The position numbers were made by a program, and so were the translations under genes. DNA of 23,793 bases. It comes from Fonticula alba ATCC 38817 (lineage: Eukaryota; Protista; Nucleariida). Location of the stretch: the NCBI GenBank assembly GCA_000388065.2, contig KB932205.1. One strand, 5' to 3'. This document shows, piece by piece, positions 10,624 through 21,061 of this stretch (its first letter is position 1; every line of letters begins with the position of its first letter). The notes beneath the pieces were generated by a model. It ran no database searches and was not told the origin of the DNA. It saw nothing but the letters and a program-made list of their open reading frames with translations.

Positions 10624-11861
10624 CCGTGTGTCGTGCAGGGGCGGGCAGGCATCCCCTCGTAGGGTGCAATGGCCCACAGGCTCCTTGCCGGCCTGTGTTT
10701 GATTGCCACCCCCACCGCCTACAAGGTTGTTGCCCATTCCTCGGGTGTCCTGTTGCCCTAGTCGCGCGAGGGCACCCCGCTCCTCGCATACCAGTCTCAC
10801 TTGCACCATCTCCTCTCTGGAGGCGCCGAGCCCCCTTTCGCCCCCCCCCCCCCCCGCCCCCTGCTCGCCCGCTCTTCCCAGATGGGATTGTTGCCCTTCC
10901 GCATGATGTAGCCAGGCCAGCCTTTCGCCAGCCACAGGGGCAACGGGTGAAGCCCGGACGAAAGGGAGGCAAGAGCGCCGGCCAAGAGCCGGCAGTCACG
11001 CACGGCGAACCACTCGGAGCCCGCGCCTTGGTTCGGCATCCATGTGCCCCGCCCGCAGTGAATGCACCCTCTCTGCACGTAATTCCGTCTGGTGTGCTTG
11101 TGCGAATTGTACAGATGCATACGCCTGGATACGACCCGCCGTGCGCGTGCGCCGATCCGCGAACAGCGGATGCTGGCTTATGAACCAGTGTCGCGGGCAT
11201 GGGCGGCAGGCGCACGCGAGCGTCTCTCACCGTACTTGAGCGTGGAAATGTGGCCCCCGCATCCCTTTTGCATCACTTGGCAGGGGCCTCCCCCTCGCCC
11301 CCTTGTCTCACTTGCTCTCGACCGGGCCTGGGTGGATATCCCGCCGCGAAAGTTAGCGGACCTGAGGAGTGGGAGGATGCCGCGGCGCGAGGGGGCCCTG
11401 AGCCAGGTTCGAAGGCAGCCAGCCTCTTGGGCTCTCGCCCGGCGATGGGCTTGCCATCGCATCCGCCGACTACTCCTGCTGCACACTCTGATCTTCCCTC
11501 TCCGCGCCTGCTCCGCTCCTCCCCCCCCCCTCTTCTCCGCTTCCCGCACTGGCTTGGATCTCCTGCTTGTCCGCCGTCCCTGCCAGCCCCTCGCCTCCTA
11601 CGACACCCCCCCCCCCCCTGCCCATAGCCCAGATCTTCGGAAAGCGTGTCGCCGCTCTTCCCTCGTCTCGACCCCATGCATTTCCCCCTCAAGCTAGGTC
11701 CCCTGCCTTGTCGATAGATAGCCCGTACGGCCCGGCTCTCCGGATCTCTTCGCTACAGATGTCACGGTGCCAGCGATAGCGCCAGCGGCAGCACCTGCGC
11801 TGTTGGAATCTATCACCGCTCACCTACCCCCCCCCCCCCACGCCCTGACACACCTCCCTCC

Positions 11862-11863
<2 letters not shown>

Positions 11864-11901
<38 letters not shown>
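11864..11901. repeat. (CT)19 microsatellite
   Basis: Read directly. Confidence 0.9.
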
Positions 11902-11904
<3 letters not shown>

Positions 11905-12481
11905 CCTCGCGGGCTCCCATTCCATCGGCCGATCCTCGCTGCTCAAGCCGCTCCACATTGTGGCCCGATCCTCTCTTCGGCCCTCCTCTTCGTCCCTTCC
12001 GTTGCCCCCTACTCGTGTGGTGTACGTCCTGGCTTGGGAGCCCGCCACATCCAGTTTTTTGCTTTCTGCCAGTCCGCAAGCCCGGTGTCTGTGTTGTTTC
12101 ACGGTCTGGCTCACACTGCGGGATTACTCCCTCCAAGCGGCTCACAGTCGGTGACCCAAAACGAATCCGGCACGCACGCATCTCTCTGCCATGGTAGTAT
12201 ACATGGTGCGTGCATCATCCCCCTCCTCATCCCCTCTCCAAGCCTCTCCTCCATCCCCCTCCCTCCCTCCGCACTCGCCTGTCCAAAGCTCGGATGGCTC
12301 GGAGCCCCTTCTCTTTGTCGGCGGCTTCCACTGCAAAAGCCTGTCCTCTTGTCCCCCGCGCCTTTCTCCTTCGTCTCTCTCTCTCTCTCTCTCCCTCGGC
12401 GACCTTTTGCCGAGGGAAGTACCACTCCATCACCTCTTTCCCGGCCTGGTTTGTATTTTTCGCAGTCCCCGTTCTCTTCAA

Positions 12482-12510
12482 GTATGTGTGTATGTATGTG
12501 TCTGTATGTG

Positions 12511-12578
<68 letters not shown>
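12482..12578. repeat. Compound (TG)n / (TGTGCC)6 repeat
   Basis: The hexamer TGTGCC x6 at 12511-12546 sits within TG/TATG repeats. Confidence 0.85.
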
Positions 12579-12579
<1 letters not shown>

Positions 12580-13330
12580 ATGTGCCCCCCCCCCCACCCG
12601 CCCCCTCGGCCCCCGGGGGCGCACTCTTCCGGGCCTTTCAGCGCGCGGTAGCGCAGCACCAGCCAATGGGCCTCATCATCTTGGTGGGATCCGCGAAGGC
12701 CAATGCGAGAGCAGGTGCCACTTACACTCCCGGACGACTCCCGGATGCAACGATGTCGGTCCTGAAGAGCCAAAGGACCGGTCTCCTTTGTCATGGAGAA
12801 AGCCCACGAGCGTTCAGTGAGGACCTTTTAGATCGTTTTCTGTTTGGAAAGCTGGTACAGTGAAGTGAGCCCGAGATCTCCTGCCCTTGCGTATCTTTCT
12901 CACACCCTCTGCCAAGAGGGGCTGTCGAATAAAGGAGGCAGGGGGGGGGAGGGGGCGGGGCACATCCCGCGCGCGCGTGTCCAACCCCGGCCTCCCGAGG
13001 TTTGGGCCTCCGTGTGCCCTGCCGGAGCTGGCCCGGGGGTAGCAAGGTCAGCAGCAGAGAAAAGGGGCGAACCTCCAGAACGCCGGGCGTCCTTGTGAGG
13101 ACGGCCCGGGGCAAATGTTTTGTTTTGCCCCGCGCATCTCCGCTCGGGGAAAATGCTCGAGCAAGCATGCGGATGCTCGTGCGATGGAAGCGCGCTGACC
13201 TGACAGGGGAGGGGCGGGGGGACGGAGGAAAGTTCGCGCATCGTACTTTTGTCCTGTTATTTGTTTCAATCGCATGCCCCATCCTTCTTGGAAGGTAGCC
13301 AGAGCCCGGATCCGCAATCAGGGGGCCCCA

Positions 13331-13366
13331 TGTGTACGTGCGCGCGCGCGCGCGCGCGCACATGCA
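13331..13366. repeat. Alternating purine-pyrimidine run with a (CG)9 palindromic core
   Basis: GTG(CG)9CAC at 13338-13361 is a perfect palindrome. Confidence 0.9.
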
Positions 13367-15226
13367 TCCTGGCGCACAGCGGTCAGCCCCCCCCCCCCCC
13401 CCATGCATCCCGATATTTCCTGGCACACTGCCGCGGGACCGAGATGGGCCCTGGCGCTCATATCCCACCAGCGACTTATACGCGCGCAGATTCATATGTG
13501 TGTGTGTGTGTGTGTGGAAATGCGAACATGCGCCCGTGTGTGCGTGTGTGTGTGCTGCGGCCAGTCGCCCTGGCGTGTGTGTGCGCGCGCGCGTGTATGT
13601 GTGTGTGTGCGTGTGTGTATTTGTGCATGCGCATACCCCTCCCCCTCCCCCGGAACGAGCGAACTGCCGCATTCCCGCCCCCGCCGGGGCGGGGGGCCGG
13701 CGCTCGCCAGTGCGCCCGCCGGAGGTCCCCCGTGCGCTCTTTCTTGCACGGGAAACTCGCCGCAGGTTCATGGGCAGCCCGGGTATCGTGCGAGGTGAGC
13801 CCCTGGCGGTGAGAAATCACCCTTCATGAAAATCGCGCGCACGCGCACGCTCCAGAGCCGGCCATTCTGGTGCCAGGAGTTCTGCTTCCACAGAACTCGG
13901 CTACCAACTCTGGTGCGGGCCGCGTGAACGCGCGCCGCCGTGCGCCGGTCTGCCCGCCGGTTTGCCCGCGGACCTGGCCGACCCGGCCGCCCGGCGTCCC
14001 GCGCGCCCCTCGCTTCAGCGGGAGGAATGGTGTGCCCCACCTTTGCTCGAAGCTTGTTGTTATTTCCCGCGCATGCCTTGCCCTTGGCCGTCCTCCTCGG
14101 CTGGGGCCCCGGTCTCTGGGCGCGCGCTGGCCGTGCTGCTGCGCGGGCGTGGTCGCCCCCTTCTGGAGTTCCTTCCGTGTCGCCCGGTCCTCCGTGGGAC
14201 CGCGGGCCGGCGCCGCCTTCGCCAGCCCGGCGTCTCAGGCCGGCCCATTCGCCGCCCTGTCAGAGGTGGCTGGCACGCCCTCTTCCTGCGTGCGCCCCCG
14301 CGCTACGTTCCTTCGGCTGGCCAAGGGCCCAGAGCGCCGGACCCCACTGACGGACCCCCTGTGTCCGGGGCCTCCGCTGATCGCCCCCCCCCGCCCTCGG
14401 TCGCGGAGGCCCGGCCGAGGCGAGAGCGGACGCCGGTCGCTGGCGCCGGCGCCCCTGCCAAGGCGCCTCCCCTGGGCCCGGGCGTGGGGATGCCACCGGG
14501 GGCGCCCTTCCAAGGGACACATATTCCTCCACATGGACGCCAATGCCACCGGGGCGGAGGGGCGTCCGTGGCCCAGCCCCAGTGTGGGCAGGCCCCCTGG
14601 GGGGCACTCCAAGTGTTTCACCCTGCCACCTACCAACCCAATCTGAACCGCATCCGAGCGAGTTCGCCCCCCTTTCCCCTCCCTCCCTACCCCCCGACAC
14701 TGGCCCAGAGGCCCAAGACGACCCGGCTGCCGCCCGCGGCTGCCGCTCCCGCTGCTGCCGCCGCCGCGCCGCCGCGCCACCTGGCCGCCTGGCCGCCTGG
14801 CCGACCGGACACCAAGCCGCTGCCCCGGGCCCGAACTCCTGCGCGCCCGTGGGCAGGCAAGGACCGCCGGTGAGAATGTGCGCTCAAGTGCCGGGCGCAC
14901 ATACCCGAGAGCCCCCCCTCTCCCCCTCTCCCTCTCGGTCCGTCCCTCCCTCCCCAGGAATGGACGCCCCCCCCCCCCCCCCCCCGCGTTCCCCGCAACA
15001 GGCGGGGCGGGCCTGTCTCTTTCCCTCGCCCTCGGGCAGGCCAGCTGGGCGGAGGCCCGGACTAGGGGGCCAGCAACGCCCGCTTTTCCGGCGAGCCCCA
15101 GCGAAGCGGCCATGTCATCAGACCGGGCGCATTGGGGGGGGGGGGGGAACTTTCACACCAGGCCGATGCGATTGCACCAGCTCCGGTGCCCTGGGCGCCG
15201 CCCCGGCCCGCCATTCTCCCCGCCGC

Positions 15227-15228
<2 letters not shown>

Positions 15229-15320
<92 letters not shown>
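15229..15320. repeat. Poly-C tract (92 nt before a gap)
   Basis: Read directly; true length uncertain. Confidence 0.8.
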
Positions 15321-15426
15321 NNNNNNNNNNNNNNNNNNNNNNNNNNNNNNNNNNNNNNNNNNNNNNNNNNNNNNNNNNNNNNNNNNNNNNNNNNNNNNNN
15401 NNNNNNNNNNNNNNNNNNNNNNNNNN
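15321..15426. other. Assembly gap (106 N)
   Basis: N run embedded in poly-C. Confidence 0.99.
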
Positions 15427-16325
15427 CCCCCCCGGCAGCCATCATTTCCAGCATGGCTCCCCTGCCACTCTGTGGATGGCACGAGGCTCCCCAGGCCTGT
15501 TCCCCAGTCCGCGTGCCGCGGACGCGTACGGGTGTCTCGGCCCCCCTCTGCCCCGGCCCCTCCGCTCCGGCCCCTCTGCCCCCTCCGGCCCCCCGGCTCC
15601 GGCCTCCGGTCAAGGGTCCAGATTTCACCCCGCCCCCCTCCTGTGGGGCGATCCGGCCGCTGGCCATTCCAGGCCCGCCCTCGCCCCCTTGAGCCGGAGC
15701 CCCCCTACTGCACCGGGTGTGGGTGTGGAGACCCGCCGGCGTTCCGGGGCATGCCCACACAGACACCCGCAGACGCACACCCATCCCGACTGGGCTACGC
15801 CCCTGGACAACCCTGTCCCGGCCGCCCGGTTTGTCCTGTCCCTGTTATCATTTGGGGGAAGGGGAGAGGGGGCGAGCGCGTCCTGGTGCGCATGCACCCC
15901 GGTCCGGCCCCCCCGGCCCCAGCATGTGGAACAGCGCGCCCGCAGGCATGCCTCCGGCTCCAGGGCATGCAGGGGACAGAACAAGAAAGGGATACCAGGG
16001 ACAGGGGGTCCCGCGTGCTGGTTCTCTCCGGAACGCGCCCCCCCCCCCCCCCCCCCCCTTGCTCGGCGGTCGTGTCTCCCCATCTGCCGCTGGAGCCCCG
16101 CTCCCTTGGCCGCCCGATCGCGCCCAGTCAAGCCCACTGCCGCCGCTACGGCCGCCGCACCAAATAGCTGGGGATTTCTGTGGCTATCTTCTTCCCACCG
16201 CGCGGTTCTCTCCCCGTGTCCCCCCAGCGCGATCTCACGCCCCCTCCTTCTACCCCAGTGTTTGTGCCTGTTTCTCCTGGCCCCCTCCGCCTCGCCGCCC
16301 CCCCCCCCATCCTCCCATCCCCCCG

Positions 16326-17010
16326 ATGTCCCAATCCGGCCTGGCCCGGCCCGGCCCGGCCCGGCCCGACCGCCCTTCAAAGGCCGTCACACACATCCTC
16401 TCCCCGCCCGTCTGACATGTTGTTGCCCCCCTCCTTTCCCCTCCTGCCTCCCGGCGCCATCGGCCGCGCGCGCGTCCTCCTCCGGCCCTCCTTCTGCCCG
16501 CCGCCAGCCCTTTCCGACATCCGGAAGAGGCGCTCCCTCCGGCGCCGTTTCCGTCCCAACCGCCCTGCCCGCTGCTTTCCTCCCAACCACAAGTCATGCC
16601 GACGTGGCTCGACGTAACCCGCCCCCTGCCGTCAGTCGCCGCCCGTCCCTCGCCCCGTCCGAGTCCAGCCCCTTCTGCCCTCGCCTGGCCGAGTACCCCA
16701 GCAGCCTTCTCGCCCTCGGCCAGCAGCTGACCCACCCGGAGATCGACTCCTGCGAAAGCTCGGTCTCGCTGGCGGCTCCTGCCTCCTCGCTCCTCCCTTC
16801 CTCCGGATTATCATCTGGCCCCCACTGCTCGTCGGACCTTTCCTCGCTACCCTCCTACACGTCGCCCCCTTCGATCGTCGCCGGCCTCACTGCCACCCCG
16901 CCCGGGACCAGTTCCATCGGTGCCTCGGCTAGCGTTGCCGCTGTCGCTGCCGGTATTTCGGTGGTCACCTCGCAGTCGACGTCCGACCTTCCGACCAGCA
17001 CCGCCACCAC

Positions 17011-17047
<37 letters not shown>

Positions 17048-19521
17048 ACCACTGTCGCTCCCGCCAGCACCGACATGCGCCTGCCGCCACCCCCCGCCTA
17101 TCGGGATCACCACCTTGTGACTGGACCCCCGCCGGCCAATGTTGTCACCGCCCTCACCGCCGCGCACTATCTTGGCTGGTCCAACCAAATCGAGGTGCTG
17201 GATGCCCCAGTCGGCCCGGCCCAGGCGGCCCTCAGCGACAAGGCACATGCCCTGTCTTCCCTTGAGTATTCGACCGACACGCTGACATACCTGCTGAGCC
17301 GCGAGGTGCGAACGCGCCTTCTCGCCCCTTCTCGCCCCCATGCCTGAGACTCGATCCTGATCCCGCCCCCTCCATGCCCCCCCCCTCCCCCCTCCCCCCG
17401 CATCAGGACACCTACATGGCCTCGGCTGACTACATGGCACACCAGGGGGTTGTCACGCCGGCCATGCGGCGCGTCCTCATCGACTGGCTGGTCGAGGTGG
17501 CCATCGAGTACAAGCTCGGCTCAGAGGCCCTCTACCTGGCAGTCAACTACATCGACCGGTTTCTCTCCAAAATGCACGTGGCCCGGACGATCTTCCAGCT
17601 GGTTGGCATCGTCAGCCTCATGATCGCCGCCAAGATGGTCTGCGTCCGCCAGCGCATCCCCCCTCTGTCCACCTTCGTGGCCGTGTGCAATAGCATCTAC
17701 GACGCGCGCGACCTTCGCGCCATGGAGCTCTGCATGATGGAAACCCTCTCCTTCGAGCTATGCGCCCCGACATGCGCCTCCTTCAATCCTCGCTTCCTGC
17801 AGATGGTCGAGCATGTCAAGGTCGATGAGGATGTCTTCAATGTCACCTGGGTGCGCATGCCGCCGGTGCTCCCTCGCCACGCCTCCCCCTTGCTCCGGCC
17901 GGATTGACTGACCTCCGCTCTTTGGGCGCCTTTCTCTCCCCCCCCCCCACCCTCCACCCTCCCTCTCTCATGCACGCGCGCACGCACGCCCGTGCAGTTC
18001 CTCACCGAGCTGGCCCTCCTGAGCTACGAAATGGTCTCCTTCCGCAAGTCCCTCGTCTCGGCCAGTGCTCTCTTCATCAGCCTGTGCGTGACATCGCGCG
18101 CCCCGCCGGCCCTGTCGTCCGAGGCCTGGGCCGCGTCCGAGGAGGGCATTGCCGCCCATGCCGCCTTGCCCCCGGCCTATTGGCACCTGCAGCACCTGCA
18201 CCTGCAACAGTCCTACCATCAGTATTTGCTCCAGGTGTATGGGCAAATCTGGCCGAACTACCTGGCCGAGGCGGCCGGCTTCTCCATCTCCCAGCTGCTT
18301 CCGTGTGTGCGACTTCTGCATGCCCTCTTCATTGAGGCGTGCGGTGGGATCCCTCGGGCCCAAGTGTCCGACCTGGGGCCTGACCCCGAGGCAGCCAGCG
18401 CCGCCTCGCTGAGCAACGACCCGGAGCCGGCCCCGGCCGGTCCGGCGGCCCTCGACACCACCTCCGAGGGGCTGGACAATGCCCCGGAAGACACCGCGGC
18501 CCTCACCGCCCGGGCTGCCGGCCTGATGCCGGTCCCGGCTGCAGTGGCCTTTGCCTCGGAGGACCAGCCCATCCGGCCATCCTCGGCGGCCATTGCCGGC
18601 GGCTCCCAATGCGCTGGCGATGGTGGCAGTCCCCGGCTGCAGCCGGGGCCCGGCCGGTCTTCGGCCGCCGCCGCTGCCGCTGCCACCGCCTCCCCCATGT
18701 TGGCCGCCTGCCGGCCACCCCTGAGTCCGATTTCGCTGCCCCCCTCTTCCGAGCATCTGGCCCGCGCGAATGCCATCGGAGTCGATGCCCCTGGCCCTGG
18801 CGCCGCCCCCGCGGCCGGTGCCGGCCATGCATACACTGCCCCTCAGGCGGCTGACCAGCCCTGGACCGTGGTCACCGCGTCCCCTTCCGTCGGGCCGGTC
18901 CCCGCTTCCGGCCCTGCCCCTCGGCCTGAGACTCCAGGCGCTGATGATGGGGGCGATGCCTCTCCCCGGGCGCCGGCGCCCGCGGGTCAATCCGCCTCGC
19001 CCCCGGCGCCGCTTCCCCCGGCGCCGCTGCTATCGCAATCGGCCATCGTGCAGAAGTTCAAGCCCTGCATCGATCGCCGAGTCAGCCTGCGCCCGCTGTA
19101 CCTGGCCGAGCTTCCCTGGTTCGACTGGGTGATGCCTGATCCATCCCCTCAGCATGGCCATGCCCCGCAGCCAATGCCGCAGTCGCAACCCCAGTCGCAG
19201 CACTCACAGCCACAGCCGCAGTCTCCTGCTCAACAGCCGGCTTCGGCTCCTCGGCCACCGATGAGACTCCGCCCAATCCCGAGCCCGGTGCCCCACTCCC
19301 AGGCCTTCCACCAGGAGGCGGCTGGCAACCTCCTCAATGGGGGCCAGCGTCCGAAGCGCTCGGCCACCATGGCCGCTTTCATCCCGGAGGAAGGCACCAT
19401 TCCTCCCCGCCACGCTCTGACCGTGGCTGCTGCTGCTGCCGTCGCCGTCGCCGCCGTCACCGACGATTTACACAAGCGCCGCCGTTTGGATCGGCCCCAC
19501 TCGGCTCAGCCGACCCAGTAA
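16326..19521 (+). CDS. Cyclin A-like protein (cyclin N- and C-terminal folds) with long low-complexity N- and C-terminal extensions, ~941 aa in this model
   Basis: Well-supported exons are 16508-17305, 17407-17850 and 17998-19521 (TAA), joined by phase-0 introns with GTGCGA and GTGCGC donors. Motifs: EYSTDTLTYLLSRE; MRRVLIDWLVEVAIEYKL; LYLAVNYIDRFLS; FQLVGIVSLMIAAK; LRAMEL..METLSFELCAPT; FLTELALLSYEMVSFRKSLVSASAL; WPNYLAEAAGFSISQLLPCVRLLH. EVxxEYKL and AVNYIDRFLS favour A-type over B-type. First exon 16326-16385 is tentative (non-consensus GTCACA donor). Confidence 0.9.
17015..17041 (+). repeat. (GCC)9 poly-Ala run flanked by (ACC)n poly-Thr, inside the cyclin N-terminal extension
   Basis: Read directly; in frame with the cyclin exon. 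Confidence 0.85.
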
Positions 19522-19739
19522 CTGGGCATCCGGCCGTCCCACCGGCATTTGCCTCTCCGTCCCCCCCCCCCTCCCGTGACATTCTCCCCTCGCCAGGAGA
19601 TGGCAGGTGGGGAGGGGGTTCAACCGCTTAAACAGTTTTCCCCCAAGCGGCGCCCCCTTCCCCTCCCTCACCACTCGTCTGCGTCGAAGAAAAAAGAAAA
19701 AAGAGAAGAGGAGGCCAAAAAGCGCCACCCCCCCCCCCC

Positions 19740-20435
19740 NNNNNNNNNNNNNNNNNNNNNNNNNNNNNNNNNNNNNNNNNNNNNNNNNNNNNNNNNNNNN
19801 NNNNNNNNNNNNNNNNNNNNNNNNNNNNNNNNNNNNNNNNNNNNNNNNNNNNNNNNNNNNNNNNNNNNNNNNNNNNNNNNNNNNNNNNNNNNNNNNNNNN
19901 NNNNNNNNNNNNNNNNNNNNNNNNNNNNNNNNNNNNNNNNNNNNNNNNNNNNNNNNNNNNNNNNNNNNNNNNNNNNNNNNNNNNNNNNNNNNNNNNNNNN
20001 NNNNNNNNNNNNNNNNNNNNNNNNNNNNNNNNNNNNNNNNNNNNNNNNNNNNNNNNNNNNNNNNNNNNNNNNNNNNNNNNNNNNNNNNNNNNNNNNNNNN
20101 NNNNNNNNNNNNNNNNNNNNNNNNNNNNNNNNNNNNNNNNNNNNNNNNNNNNNNNNNNNNNNNNNNNNNNNNNNNNNNNNNNNNNNNNNNNNNNNNNNNN
20201 NNNNNNNNNNNNNNNNNNNNNNNNNNNNNNNNNNNNNNNNNNNNNNNNNNNNNNNNNNNNNNNNNNNNNNNNNNNNNNNNNNNNNNNNNNNNNNNNNNNN
20301 NNNNNNNNNNNNNNNNNNNNNNNNNNNNNNNNNNNNNNNNNNNNNNNNNNNNNNNNNNNNNNNNNNNNNNNNNNNNNNNNNNNNNNNNNNNNNNNNNNNN
20401 NNNNNNNNNNNNNNNNNNNNNNNNNNNNNNNNNNN
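19740..20435. other. Assembly gap (696 N)
   Basis: N run with poly-C on the left and poly-G on the right. Confidence 0.99.
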
Positions 20436-20467
<32 letters not shown>

Positions 20468-21061
20468 GGCGGGGGATGCGTGGGCGTGTGTGGGTGTGGG
20501 TGTATGTGTGAGTGTGTGGGTGTGTATGCTTGTGGCGTTTGCCTATATGACCTCTCGCTGCACCAAAGACCCCAGAGCTCAGCCCTCCAACCAGTCTGGG
20601 GCCCGGCTTGGCGGTCGACAAACTGACGGGACACGGCACATGCGCCCGGTGGCCGGGGTGCAATCTGGCTTTGGCCTTCGCCTTGGGGCCATTGTGCGTC
20701 AACAGACACCCTGCCAGTGCAGGGATTCTGGTCGGCCTGCATCAACACCCCTCCCCGTGTCCCTGTGCCCCCGCCCCATGCCATTTCATGCTATATGTTA
20801 TCAACATAAAGCTACTCCTCACTGATCCTCCCCTGACTCACCCTTAAAAAAAGAAACCCCGCCCCACGAGGTCCCACACAAGCACATTTACGTCCCGACA
20901 CAGACAACCCTGGCGAACTGCGCCGCTGGGTCCTCGTCGACTGGTTGCACCTACAGCCACGCCCTCGCCTCGCGTCAAAGACGTGCGGGCAGAAACCCCC
21001 CTCTCCCTGCTATCCATAGCTGCCCTCTGTGCCTCGCAGACCTCCCCCGCGCGCAGAAGCC

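Noticed and set aside
11147-11190. Two small adjacent hairpins (ATCCGC/GCGGAT and CTGG/CCAG) as a ncRNA or SECIS
   Set aside because: Stems are short and expected by chance; no snRNA, snoRNA or SECIS consensus.
14543-16507. Upstream part of the 934-aa ORF 14543..17347, and other long Pro/Gly/Arg-rich ORFs in the track
   Set aside because: It passes through poly-C and an N-gap and has no domain. Only the part from ~16508 has exon support. Long spurious ORFs are expected at this GC content.
17638-17652. 15-nt GT...AG inside the atypical cyclin loop, as a mini-intron
   Set aside because: Far shorter than every modelled intron in the recognised genes (~100 nt or more), has no branch point, and removal would not restore the YEE motif.
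20918-20947. LRRWVLVDWL, echoing the cyclin MRRVLIDWL (16/18 nt identity in the core)
   Set aside because: No further cyclin similarity on either side, and the frame is closed by nearby stops. A chance match is likely.
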